Source: Saprospiraceae bacterium (lineage in GTDB: Bacteria; Bacteroidota; Bacteroidia; Chitinophagales; Saprospiraceae). From it: 64,000 nt of DNA. The translations under genes and the position numbers were made by a program. Below are positions 1 through 9,535 of the stretch, one piece after another; position 1 is the first letter of the stretch, and every line of letters begins with the position of its first letter. Location of the stretch: NCBI GenBank assembly GCA_020629715.1, contig JAHDCU010000003.1:184879-248878 (forward strand), given 5' to 3'. The notes below the pieces were generated by a model. That model searched no databases. It saw only the letters and a list, made by a program, of their open reading frames with translations, and had not been told where the DNA came from.

Positions 1-1407
1 CAAACAAGAACTGTTACTAAAAGAGTAAAAGTTGGATGTGAAGCTGGATGGACTGACAATGGTGACGATTGTACAAGAGTAATAGATATTCCTGCTGAAT
101 ATACTACTCGTACATATCAGAAGTTAGCTTCTGCTGCAACTACTGAAAGAAACCCTGTAGCTGCTAAATACGGAACAAGAACTTACCAAAAGCTTGCTTC
201 TGCTGCAACTACTGAGTCTTCTCCAGTAGCGCTAAAGAATGGTACAAGAACATACAAAAAGCTAATCATGCCTGTAGCAACATACAGAAATGACGTGCCT
301 GCACAGTATACAACTAGAACATATCAAAAACTTGCAAGTGGACCAACTACAACAGTAGAAACAGTTCCTGCAAGATATGAAACTAGAACATACCAAAGAG
401 TTGCTACTCCTGCTACTGTAACTGAAGTAGAAGTACCTGCTCAATACACTACGAGATCTTACAAAAAAGTTGCTGCTAATGCTGCAACTGAAGAGACTCC
501 ATGTTCTCAGTCAATGACTTTAGATAATATCAACTTCCAAACTGGATCTGCTGTATTATTACAGTCTTCTTACGCTGAGATTTCTAAGCTAGAGGCGATG
601 CTTAAAGCTGATAATGGTATTACTGCTAAGCTAGTAGGTCACACAGATAGCGATGGTAGTGAAGCTTCTAATCTTACACTTTCAAGAAATAGAGCTAAAG
701 CTGTATACGATGTACTTGTAAACTCAGGTATCTCTGCTAGCAGATTAAGCTACGAAGGTAAAGGTGAGTCTCAGCCAATTGCTACTAATGCAACTGCTGC
801 TGGTAAAAGAAAGAATAGAAGAACTGAGTTTATCTCTTACGGAGGTACTACAGGTGGTGACTGTAACGAGTATGGTACAAGAACTTACCAAGTACTTGAC
901 GTAGATGCTGCTGATTCTTATACAGATATCGCTGCTGAGTACGGTACAAGATCTTTCCAAAGATTAGTAACTGATGCTGCTGCATCCTCTACTGATGTAC
1001 CTGCTCAATACTCTACTAGAACTTACCAGAAGTTATCTTCTGACGCTAGTGCTAATACAACTGATGTACCTGCACAATACGGAAACAGATCTTACCAGAA
1101 GTTAGCTTCTGCTGCAACTGTAAGAACTTCTGATATCCCTGCGGAGTACAAAACTATCTCTAAGAGACAGTTAGTAAAAGCTGGTGGTTTCAACGAGTGG
1201 AGAGAAGTAGTATGTGCTGATGATATCACAACTAATCTAGTACAGAGAGTACAGTCTGCTCTTAACTCTAGAGGTTATGATGTAGGTCCTGCTGATGGTG
1301 TGAATGGTGCTAAGACTAAGTCTGCACTTGCAAGATTCCAGAAGGATAATGGATTACCTGTAGGTAACTTTAACTTCGAAACTTTAAGAGCTCTAGGAAT
1401 CAAATAA
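1..1407 (+). CDS. OmpA-family peptidoglycan-associated protein, 5'-truncated by the window edge. It has many ~16-aa repeats around an OmpA domain and a C-terminal PG_binding_1 domain.
   Basis: Frame 1 is open from base 1 to the stop at 1405-1407. An OmpA-like block ('NINFQTGSAVL...GHTDSDGSEASNLTLSRNRAKAV...NRRTEF') is present. The C-terminus 'LVQRVQSALNSRGYDVGPADGVNGAKTKSALARFQKDNGLPVG' fits the PG_binding_1 consensus. Repeats 'VPAQYTTRTYQKLAS' recur. Confidence 0.75.
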   Translation, partial: QTRTVTKRVKVGCEAGWTDNGDDCTRVIDIPAEYTTRTYQKLASAATTERNPVAAKYGTRTYQKLASAATTESSPVALKNGTRTYKKLIMPVATYRNDVPAQYTTRTYQKLASGPTTTVETVPARYETRTYQRVATPATVTEVEVPAQYTTRSYKKVAANAATEETPCSQSMTLDNINFQTGSAVLLQSSYAEISKLEAMLKADNGITAKLVGHTDSDGSEASNLTLSRNRAKAVYDVLVNSGISASRLSYEGKGESQPIATNATAAGKRKNRRTEFISYGGTTGGDCNEYGTRTYQVLDVDAADSYTDIAAEYGTRSFQRLVTDAAASSTDVPAQYSTRTYQKLSSDASANTTDVPAQYGNRSYQKLASAATVRTSDIPAEYKTISKRQLVKAGGFNEWREVVCADDITTNLVQRVQSALNSRGYDVGPADGVNGAKTKSALARFQKDNGLPVGNFNFETLRALGIK

Positions 1408-1432
1408 TTCTTAAGTTCTTTTAAAGAATATA

Positions 1433-1470
1433 ATCCCGATCTACTTCATTGTAGGTCGGGATTTTTTTTG
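1433..1470 (+). terminator. Rho-independent terminator after the OmpA-family gene
   Basis: Stem 'atcccga' (1433-1439) pairs with 'tcgggat' (1456-1462) and is followed by a T8 run. Confidence 0.6.
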
Positions 1471-1505
1471 TGCATAGTTGAGCAGATATTCATATACTGA
1501 ATATG

Positions 1506-1513
1506 TAGATTTG
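1506..1513 (+). promoter_or_regulatory. Possible Bacteroidota -7 promoter element (TAnnTTTG) upstream of glyA
   Basis: 'tagatttg' lies 20 nt upstream of the glyA ATG. No well-spaced -33 TTTG was seen. Confidence 0.25.
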
Positions 1514-1532
1514 CGGTTCAAGCATAGAAATT

Positions 1533-2801
1533 ATGGATACTACCGTTTTCAATCTAATCAATCAAGAAGAACAACGTCAAATCAGGGGCGTCGAACTCAT
1601 CGCATCAGAAAATTATGCAAGCGACCAAGTCATGAAGGCTATGGGATCATGCTTAACTAATAAATATGCGGAAGGATACCCTGGTAAAAGATATTATGGT
1701 GGTTGTGAGATCGTAGATCAAGTGGAAACACTTGCCATAGAGCGACTTAAAGAACTGTTTGGAGCGGAATATGCTAATGTGCAGCCTCACTCCGGTGCAC
1801 AAGCTAATGCTGCCATTTTCTTGGCAGTCCTTCAACCAGGAGATACTATTCTTGGGTTTGATTTGGCTCACGGTGGTCATTTATCGCATGGCTCACCCGT
1901 AAATTTTTCAGGTAAGGTATACAATCCAGTATTCTATGGTGTAGAAGAAAAAACGGGTATTATTGACATGGATAAGGTTGAAACCCTCGCCAAAGAAAAT
2001 AAACCTAAGCTTATCATCTGTGGAGCTAGTGCATACTCACGTGATTGGGATTATGTTCGATTTAGAGCCATAGCCGATGAAGTAGACGCCCTGCTACTTG
2101 CAGATATCAGTCATCCTTCTGGATTAATAGCTACTGGCCTTCTTAATAATCCTATGGAACATTGCCATATTGTAAGCTCCACCACTCATAAAACTCTTAG
2201 AGGTCCACGAGGTGGAATTATTATGTTGGGTAAAAATTTTGAAAATCCATGGGGTAGAAAAACCAAAAAGGGAAATCCGATCATGATGTCATCTGTCATG
2301 AATAGTGCAGTATTTCCAGGAATGCAAGGTGGTCCACTTGAACACGTAATTGCATCAAAAGCCGTTGCTTTTGGAGAATGTCTAAGCCCATCTTATAAGA
2401 CCTATACACAAAATGTCATAGCCAATGCACAGGCAATGACAGACGAGCTCGTAAGTAAAGATTATCATATCATATCAGGTGGTACGGATAACCACTTAGC
2501 ATTAATCGATCTACGAAACAAAAATATTACGGGTAAAGAAGCCGAGGCTGCTCTAGGCAAAGCAGATATTACAGTAAATAAAAATATGGTGCCTTTTGAT
2601 GATAAAAGTCCATTCGTCACATCAGGAATCAGGATAGGTACCCCTGCCATCACCACGAGAGGATTATCCACTGAAGACTGCAGACAAATTGTACAATGGA
2701 TAGATGAAGCTATTACACATCATTCCGATGATACTAAGCTTCATGCTATCGCAGGACAAGTAAATAAATTTATGTCTTCTTTCCCTTTATTTAAAGATTG
2801 A
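1533..2801 (+). CDS. glyA: Serine hydroxymethyltransferase
   Basis: 422 aa. It carries the hallmark SHMT motifs '[16 protein letters not shown]' and '[14 protein letters not shown]', which includes the PLP-binding lysine. Confidence 0.95.
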   Translation: MDTTVFNLINQEEQRQIRGVELIASENYASDQVMKAMGSCLTNKYAEGYPGKRYYGGCEIVDQVETLAIERLKELFGAEYANVQPHSGAQANAAIFLAVLQPGDTILGFDLAHGGHLSHGSPVNFSGKVYNPVFYGVEEKTGIIDMDKVETLAKENKPKLIICGASAYSRDWDYVRFRAIADEVDALLLADISHPSGLIATGLLNNPMEHCHIVSSTTHKTLRGPRGGIIMLGKNFENPWGRKTKKGNPIMMSSVMNSAVFPGMQGGPLEHVIASKAVAFGECLSPSYKTYTQNVIANAQAMTDELVSKDYHIISGGTDNHLALIDLRNKNITGKEAEAALGKADITVNKNMVPFDDKSPFVTSGIRIGTPAITTRGLSTEDCRQIVQWIDEAITHHSDDTKLHAIAGQVNKFMSSFPLFKD

Positions 2802-2806
2802 GAGCC

Positions 2807-3229
2807 TTAAGCGGATTCTGCCAATACTTCTTTATATAGGATTGGTACTTTGTACTCTTTCTTGAAACTGTGCCTTAAGACATCAAATGATGTAACGATA
2901 CCTTTCAATTCTCCACGTAAATTAACTACTGGTAGTGCATGAAATCGCTTATCCAAGAATAATTCCATTGCCGTACCTACTTTGTCTATAGGAGTAATTT
3001 TAATCACCTTCTGACTCATCACTTCAGAAACCGTGGTATATTCTGATTGTGCATTTTTCCAAAGATCAGCAGTGGTTACCAAACCTACCAGAATATTATT
3101 CTCATCTACTACAGGTAAATGATGAATTCGGCTCTTAGTAAGTATCGCTGAAGCAGTATCTATAGAATCGTTGGGGTGTACGGTAGCAGGATTGGAGGTC
3201 ATTATCCTGCGGACTTGTTCATTCATCAT
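2807..3229 (-). CDS. CBS-pair domain protein
   Basis: 140 aa with two CBS-like repeats ('HHLPVVDENNILVGLVTTADL', 'HALPVVNLRGELKGIVTSFDVL'). It converges on glyA. Confidence 0.7.
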   Translation of the reverse strand: MMNEQVRRIMTSNPATVHPNDSIDTASAILTKSRIHHLPVVDENNILVGLVTTADLWKNAQSEYTTVSEVMSQKVIKITPIDKVGTAMELFLDKRFHALPVVNLRGELKGIVTSFDVLRHSFKKEYKVPILYKEVLAESA

Positions 3230-3501
3230 GGCGGTAGATTTATTGGTTTTTAAATAATATTCTAATTCATTAGTAAAAACATTTTGGGTGATTTTTCAAT
3301 ATTTTATTCTCCCTTTACTTATATGATCCATATTATAGTTGTTTCGCTGCTTTCGTTGCGTAATTTTATTAATAATTAAATATTTTCATATCTTGATCCA
3401 CAGTGAAAAGAGCTTATCGCTACATCGAAAATCTAAAGGATTGATTTGTTATTTCCACAATCTTAAAAGCTAAACCGATAGAGATAGGCAACTTTATCAA
3501 A

Positions 3502-4401
3502 ATGCAAAACCAACCTACTATGACCTTAAAAACTTACCAAGCTTCAGGAAAAATTTCACCATTAGCCATTCTTATTTTTCTGGGAGTATTATTACTAATA
3601 ATTCCCCTCTTGGCTACATTATATGCTTATGCCATTTGGTATATACCTATTCCATACATCAACTTTTTCATAACCGCCGCCTTCGGTATAGCAGTAGGAT
3701 GGATTATCAATTTCTTAGTTATTAAATACGGTAAAGTACGTAGTGGAAAAATAGCTTCCCTCTTTGCCATACTGGGTGCCATATTTGCTATTTACTTTCA
3801 TTGGGCAGTATGGGTTGACCTTGCATACAACATTTCTGGGTCTCTGGGCGATGAAGACTTGGGAGTAGCAGTGAGCAATATTTCAATATCAGAAACTATA
3901 GGCCTGGCGTTAAGCCCATCTACCCTAATGGAGATCATGGGTAGCATTAATGAAAATGGACTTTGGGGATTTGGAGACACTCCTGTAAGAGGAACTTTCT
4001 TGACCATCATCTGGATCATAGAAGCATTGATCATATTCTTCTTAGCTTGGATGGGAGGCACTAGCCAAGCCAACAAACCATTCTGTGAAGAAAGCAACCA
4101 GTGGTTCGGAGAAACTAAGCTTGCGCCTTTCGATATCAGTATTCAACCGCAAGAACTGATAGATTCCTTAACATCAGGAAATTTAGAAGCATTTCAAGGT
4201 TTACAAAAGTCGGTAAACCCTAAAGAAAGTAGTCATTATGATTTCGTACTATATCAAAACGAAACAAATGAAAACTACCTAACACTGAAGACCCAAATCG
4301 CGAAGGCAGATAAAGATGGTAAGATCAGTTTAGATGAAACAACATTTGGTGAAAATATAAGCATAACAGAAGAACTGAGTAATATGCTTATGTCGAAATA
4401 G
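3502..4401 (+). CDS. Hypothetical polytopic membrane protein
   Basis: 299 aa. Several hydrophobic helices in the N-terminal two thirds are followed by a hydrophilic C-terminal third. No recognisable motif. Confidence 0.5.
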   Translation: MQNQPTMTLKTYQASGKISPLAILIFLGVLLLIIPLLATLYAYAIWYIPIPYINFFITAAFGIAVGWIINFLVIKYGKVRSGKIASLFAILGAIFAIYFHWAVWVDLAYNISGSLGDEDLGVAVSNISISETIGLALSPSTLMEIMGSINENGLWGFGDTPVRGTFLTIIWIIEALIIFFLAWMGGTSQANKPFCEESNQWFGETKLAPFDISIQPQELIDSLTSGNLEAFQGLQKSVNPKESSHYDFVLYQNETNENYLTLKTQIAKADKDGKISLDETTFGENISITEELSNMLMSK

Positions 4402-4454
4402 AGGAAGTATAACATCAAAATATTCGTATTTTCAGAGGTCTTAACAATACTTCT

Positions 4455-7400
4455 ATGAAAACACAAATATTTTGGTGCCTTTTGGCGCTTAGCTTGTCTT
4501 GCATTGCTATGTATGCCCAAGATGATAAAAAATGGGATATCTCTTCACCTGAAGGCGATTGGGGCTGGAAGGATGTAAAATTCAATACCACTGAAGGAAC
4601 ATGGATGAGCCTTGACGTTCATCCCGATGGAAAAACCATAGTATTTGATATGCTAGGCGACCTCTATACAATGCCTATCTCTGGAGGGAAAGCTACCGCA
4701 ATACGTACAGGTATACCGTGGGAAGTACAGCCTAGATATAATGATGACGGGAGTAAAATCTTATTTACAAGTGATGCGGCTGGAGGAGATAACATCTGGC
4801 ATATGGACGCTGATGGTGGCAACCCAAAACAGATCACTAAAGAATCATTTAGACTACTGAATAATGCGGACTGGATTCCAGGCGAAGACTATATCGTTGC
4901 TCGGAAACATTTCACTTCAGGAAGATCACTAGGTGCTGGAGAGCTATGGATGTACCACAAAACTGGCGGTAGTGGTGTTCAACTTACCAAACGGAGAAAT
5001 GATCAGCAAGATGTCAATGAACCGTCGATAAGTCAAGATGGCAGATATATCTATTTCAGTGAAGACATGTATCCGGGCGGCTACTTTCAATACAACAAAG
5101 ATCCTAATAGCCAGATCTATGTCATCAAAAGATATGATAGACAGACATCCAAAATAGAAACTATAGTCAGTGGACCAGGTGGAGCTTTTAGACCACAAAT
5201 TTCTCCAGATGGTAAGACCCTAGCATTCATCAAAAGAATAAGAACCAAGACTGTCCTTTGTACGCATAATCTTGAAACTGGTGAAGAGTATCATATATTC
5301 GACAACCTCAGCAAAGATCAGTCTGAGGCATGGGCAATTTTCGGAGTATATACGGGATATGATTGGACGCCTGATAGTCAACATATCATCATCTCAGGAA
5401 TGGGTAAGTTTTGGAAGGTACATAGTCAAAGCGGCAATGCAACCGAAATTCCTTTTGAAGTAGATGTAGATATGCAAGTGGCAGAAACAATTACCTTCAA
5501 AAATGATGCTCACTCAGAAAAATTTCAACCTAAAGTCATTCGTCATGCAGTGACTTCACCCGATGGAAAATCAATCATCTATAATGCTCTTGGCTACCTA
5601 TGGATGCAATCTTTACCCAATGGAAAAGCTAAACGAATTAGTGATGCTGTCGATTTGGAATCTGAACCTTCATTCTCTCCAGATGGTAAGTCAATCGTAT
5701 ATGTCACTTGGGATGATGAAAAAATGGGAAGCGTGAAGACCATGAATTTGCGTTCAAAAACAGTGAGAGCTCTAACTCAAAAACCAGGAATCTATCGAAC
5801 TCCCTCTTATGCTCCTGATGGCAAAATGATCGTATATCGAAAAGATGGAGGCAATAGCCATCAGGGATTTTTACACAGTAAAAAGTCGGGTATTTATACC
5901 ATCAATCTAGCAGGTGACAAGACTCCTAAATTCATCACCCCAAATGGTGAGTACCCTGTGTTCAATCACGATGGTACTCGTATCTTTTATCAAAAAGGTG
6001 GTTATTTATTCGGCTCGCTCACTAAAAGTTTTGAAAGTGTAAACCTCAATGGGAAGGATAAGCAAGAGCACTTTGACGGTAAGTATACCCAGCGGTATAT
6101 CATAAGCCCAGACAACAATTGGGTGGCTTGGTCAGAGTTATTCAAAGTATACGTTGCACCATTTCCAAAATCTGGAAAGAAAGTGGGAATCACAAAAGAT
6201 ACCAAGGCGGTACCCGTTGCTCAAGTAGGTCGAGATGCTGGTATCAACATTCATTGGTCCTCTGATAGTAAAACACTCCATTGGACACTAGGTAATGAAT
6301 ACTTCACTGATGAACTGACTGAACGATTTACTTTCTTAGAAGGGGCAGTAGATAGTCTTCCTCCCATGGATTCCGTTGGATTAAAGCTGGTTGTACCAGC
6401 TAAAATGGACAAACCTGAAGGTCTGGTAGCATTGACGAATGCTCGTATTATCACCATGAATGGAGATGAAATCATTGAAAATGGAACGATCCTTATCAAG
6501 GACAATAAAATCCAAAAAATAGGCGCAGAATTTAGACTACCTGCTGGAGCTACAACCATTGATTGTACGGATAAAACTATTATGCCAGGCATCATTGATG
6601 TACATGCTCACAGTGGTAATTTTAGGTACGGGATTAGCCCCAGAAAACAATGGGAGTATTATGCAAATCTAGCCTACGGGGTAACGACTTCTCACGATCC
6701 ATCTACGAATACAGAAATGGTTTTTGCACATAGTGAGATGATCAAAGCTGGTGAGATGGTTGGTCCACGACTATTTAGTACGGGTACTATTTTGTACGGT
6801 GCCGATGGTGATTTTAAGGCTACCATTAATTCTTTGGATGATGCAAGATCTACTTTGCGAAGAACTTCGGCATTTGGTGCTTTCTCTGTAAAAAGTTACA
6901 ATCAACCGAGAAGAGAACAAAGACAGCAAGTACTGCAAGCAGCTCGTGAGCAGGGAATCTTAGTTGTACCAGAAGGTGGATCTTTTTTCAATCATAATCT
7001 CAACATGGTCGTAGATGGTCATACGGGAGTAGAGCATAATATTCCCGTGGTTCCGCTATTCAATGACGTAACTACACTTTGGTCACATACCAAAGCCCAT
7101 AACACTCCTACCCTAGTGGTGAATTATGGTTCAGTCAATGGAGAGTACTATTGGTATCAAAATACAGATGTTTGGACCAAAGATCGATTACTCAGTTTTA
7201 CTCCTAGAGCTGTAGTAGATAGTAGAGCGAGGCATCGTACTATGATTCCTCAGGAAGAGTATGACAATGGTCATATCCTGACTTCAAAATCGCTTAAAAA
7301 ACTGCATGATAAAGGTGTCAAAATCAATCTCGGTGCTCATGGACAGTTGCAAGGTTTAGGCGCTCATTGGGAACTATGGATGCTACAGCAAGGAGGTATG

Positions 7401-7727
7401 AGTAACCACGATGCACTGAAAGCCGCTACAATAAATGGAGCCGTATACCTTGGGATGGATCATCAGTTAGGAAGTATAGAAGAAGGTAAACTGGCTGACT
7501 TAATTGTGCTGGATAAAAATCCTTTAGAAGAAATAACGAATACTGAGTTCGTCAAGTATACCATCCTAAATGGACGCATCTATGATGCTGCCACTATGAA
7601 TGAAATTGGCAACTACGACAAGCCTAGAACAAAATTCTATTTTGAACAAGAAGGGTCAGGAAATGCATATCCTTTCTTTCAAGAAACGAATAGTCATATG
7701 ATGCCTCAATGTTGTATGAGGAATTAG
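4455..7727 (+). CDS. Secreted amidohydrolase-family protein with an N-terminal TolB-like (PD40) beta-propeller
   Basis: 1090 aa. Signal peptide 'MKTQIFWCLLALSLSCIAMYAQ'. 'SPDGK'-type PD40 repeats recur. The C-terminal metal-dependent hydrolase region includes 'IMPGIIDVHAHSGN'. Confidence 0.7.
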   Translation: MKTQIFWCLLALSLSCIAMYAQDDKKWDISSPEGDWGWKDVKFNTTEGTWMSLDVHPDGKTIVFDMLGDLYTMPISGGKATAIRTGIPWEVQPRYNDDGSKILFTSDAAGGDNIWHMDADGGNPKQITKESFRLLNNADWIPGEDYIVARKHFTSGRSLGAGELWMYHKTGGSGVQLTKRRNDQQDVNEPSISQDGRYIYFSEDMYPGGYFQYNKDPNSQIYVIKRYDRQTSKIETIVSGPGGAFRPQISPDGKTLAFIKRIRTKTVLCTHNLETGEEYHIFDNLSKDQSEAWAIFGVYTGYDWTPDSQHIIISGMGKFWKVHSQSGNATEIPFEVDVDMQVAETITFKNDAHSEKFQPKVIRHAVTSPDGKSIIYNALGYLWMQSLPNGKAKRISDAVDLESEPSFSPDGKSIVYVTWDDEKMGSVKTMNLRSKTVRALTQKPGIYRTPSYAPDGKMIVYRKDGGNSHQGFLHSKKSGIYTINLAGDKTPKFITPNGEYPVFNHDGTRIFYQKGGYLFGSLTKSFESVNLNGKDKQEHFDGKYTQRYIISPDNNWVAWSELFKVYVAPFPKSGKKVGITKDTKAVPVAQVGRDAGINIHWSSDSKTLHWTLGNEYFTDELTERFTFLEGAVDSLPPMDSVGLKLVVPAKMDKPEGLVALTNARIITMNGDEIIENGTILIKDNKIQKIGAEFRLPAGATTIDCTDKTIMPGIIDVHAHSGNFRYGISPRKQWEYYANLAYGVTTSHDPSTNTEMVFAHSEMIKAGEMVGPRLFSTGTILYGADGDFKATINSLDDARSTLRRTSAFGAFSVKSYNQPRREQRQQVLQAAREQGILVVPEGGSFFNHNLNMVVDGHTGVEHNIPVVPLFNDVTTLWSHTKAHNTPTLVVNYGSVNGEYYWYQNTDVWTKDRLLSFTPRAVVDSRARHRTMIPQEEYDNGHILTSKSLKKLHDKGVKINLGAHGQLQGLGAHWELWMLQQGGMSNHDALKAATINGAVYLGMDHQLGSIEEGKLADLIVLDKNPLEEITNTEFVKYTILNGRIYDAATMNEIGNYDKPRTKFYFEQEGSGNAYPFFQETNSHMMPQCCMRN

Positions 7728-7849
7728 ATAAAATAAAACCACAATCGAAATAAATGGAACTTCTGTCTATTGAGTTGGATTTATACGATAAATAGCTCTA
7801 CTAGTAAAATCATTCCCCACCCTGATATATATTGAGACATCTAATTTTT

Positions 7850-7857
7850 TAAATTTG
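7850..7857 (+). promoter_or_regulatory. Possible -7 promoter element (TAAATTTG) upstream of the Abi_C gene
   Basis: It matches TAnnTTTG about 75 nt upstream of the 7932 start. Confidence 0.25.
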
Positions 7858-7931
7858 AAAAGGGATATTTATGGTGTCTTTATCTCATCGTAAAGATGAG
7901 TGACATGGTTTAATAAATTAAAGACAACTTA

Positions 7932-8756
7932 GTGCATAAAAAAAGACTTCTTATTAAATTTAGAGAATTCCTGGTTCAGAAATCTACTCTTCGAGATATC
8001 GAAAACTACTTTGAAAGTTTTGAATTCGAAAGAGGTGAAAGAGATGAATCAATAGAAGGTCTTGGAATGCGAAGAGGTTTAATTCAGCAATACTATAATC
8101 TTATTGATATTGAGGATAATGAAGCGTATTGGAAACTCTTAAATCTATTTGGGGAGATATTGGTCGATTTAAAAAGTAATTTTGAGTCGTGGCCTTCTGC
8201 TAGTGATAAAAGACATTATGATGTTTTATTGCAATCGCTCGAGAAAGCAAATCTTAAATTTGATGGTAAAAACATAGTCAGTTTAGTAGCCTCAGATTTA
8301 CATCAAATTAAGAATGCGTCTATTTCAATTGACACCAAACAGTTCAATGAGTACATAAATAGAATAAAGGAATCAATAGAAACAGACCCAAAACTTGCAA
8401 TAGGATCATCCAAAGAACTAGTGGAGTCGGTTTTGAAAAACATACTCGTCAAAATGAATGTGAGTTATAATAAAAACGATGATATTCCAAAGTTGCTTAG
8501 GGCAGCTCAAAGAGCGCTAAATTTGGTTCCAAGCGAAGTGAATGAATCTATAAAAGGGAAGGATATTATTAAGACATTATTGAGCAATCTTGGACAAATG
8601 GTTATAAAAATTGCAGAGCTTAGGAATTTATACGGTACAGGACATGGAAAAGAAAGTTCTCTAGGTCTTGAACCTAGACATGCAAGATTAACTGTTAACT
8701 CAACTATTGCATTATGTACTTTCTTATTAGAAACCCTTGATGATTCAATAACGTAA
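7932..8756 (+). CDS. Abi_C / HEPN-family abortive-infection-like protein (AbiJ-like C-terminus)
   Basis: 274 aa. The C-terminal 'ELRNLYGTGHGK' fits the HEPN R-x(4-6)-H motif typical of the Abi_C family. The start is a GTG, so its exact position is uncertain. Confidence 0.55.
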   Translation: MHKKRLLIKFREFLVQKSTLRDIENYFESFEFERGERDESIEGLGMRRGLIQQYYNLIDIEDNEAYWKLLNLFGEILVDLKSNFESWPSASDKRHYDVLLQSLEKANLKFDGKNIVSLVASDLHQIKNASISIDTKQFNEYINRIKESIETDPKLAIGSSKELVESVLKNILVKMNVSYNKNDDIPKLLRAAQRALNLVPSEVNESIKGKDIIKTLLSNLGQMVIKIAELRNLYGTGHGKESSLGLEPRHARLTVNSTIALCTFLLETLDDSIT

Positions 8757-8961
8757 TGAATGCTTGTTCCAAGAATAGTTAATAACAGCATATCACTAAT
8801 TTGTCAAGATGCGCTGATTTCCACTTGTAAGCTACTGTTAGCTTAAAAATAGATCAGAATAAAAGATCGTGATGTCTACCCAAAATTGTAGAGGTAACAA
8901 AATTATAATTACAGAGATTTCTTAGGAAGCTTACAGGTCCTTTCGGTACAAAGTTTAGAAA

Positions 8962-9196
8962 TCAAAACCTCAAATCTCCCTTTAATCCAATACTTCTGGC
9001 TTGAAAGCCAGCGATAGATACTGATGAAGCGTTGTTGAATCTATAGAATGCCATAATTCAGCTTATCTCATTGGGTTTGTAGCCAAGTTCTAGTTCATAG
9101 CGTTGGGTAGATTGGCATGATTGATCTTCGACCTTTTGGAGAACGATAGCTCCTGTAAGCGAATAGATCAATTGCTTCGCAGGGTGATAACGATTA
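8962..9196 (-). pseudogene. Decayed 3' fragment of a paralog of the TPR/beta-barrel gene at 10081-12093
   Basis: It is about 78% nucleotide-identical to 10081-10320. It encodes '...FYRFNNASSVSIAGFQARSIGLKGDLRF*', where the intact gene has '...WLMAFYRFNNASSATVAGFQARSIGLKGDLRF*'. An in-frame TGA at 9058-9060 replaces the W codon. No upstream coding continuation exists. Confidence 0.7.
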
Positions 9197-9280
9197 TTTG
9201 GTTAGATCCATTATAAAGTAAACTTACACGTATTGAATCTTAAGTTTAAAACACGTATATTACCTCTAAATACTTTTACA

Positions 9281-9535
9281 ATGAATACTAAACTGACTTT
9301 AACAATAGAAAAAGATGTCATTGAAGAGGCCAAACGATATGCGAAGGACAAAGGTCAAAGTCTGTCCGATTTAGTTGAAAACTATTTTAAACTGCTGACT
9401 AATGACAAACGGCAAATTAAGGCAAATCAATTATCTCCTCGAATTAAACGTTTACGTGGTATTATAAAGGTTGAAAAGGACTTTGACTATAAAGAAACTC
9501 TTACAGAAGAATTGAGCAAAAAATATGGCATCTAA
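9281..9535 (+). CDS. Small antitoxin-like protein partnered with the PIN toxin
   Basis: 85 aa from the internal ATG at 9281 ('MNTKLTLTIEKDVIEEAKRYAKDKGQSLSDLVENYF'). It overlaps the downstream PIN gene by 11 nt (ATGGCATCTAA). Confidence 0.6.
   Translation: MNTKLTLTIEKDVIEEAKRYAKDKGQSLSDLVENYFKLLTNDKRQIKANQLSPRIKRLRGIIKVEKDFDYKETLTEELSKKYGI

Noticed and set aside
262-444. A 60-aa minus-strand ORF, and similar antisense ORFs inside other genes (745-960, 1653-1880, 3798-4097, 14970-15335, 15460-15828, 26974-27327, 33483-33857, 38346-39924 etc.)
   Set aside because: Each lies entirely inside and antisense to a longer, motif-supported gene. They have low-complexity, Cys/Ser-rich composition typical of spurious AT-rich reading frames.
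4455-7727. Treating the TolB-propeller plus amidohydrolase fusion as a novel architecture
   Set aside because: This domain combination is a known, widespread Bacteroidota protein family, so it is reported only as a feature.
8507-8791. A 94-aa minus-strand ORF overlapping the 3' end of the Abi_C gene
   Set aside because: It is antisense to a gene with a clear HEPN motif and has no signal or motif of its own.
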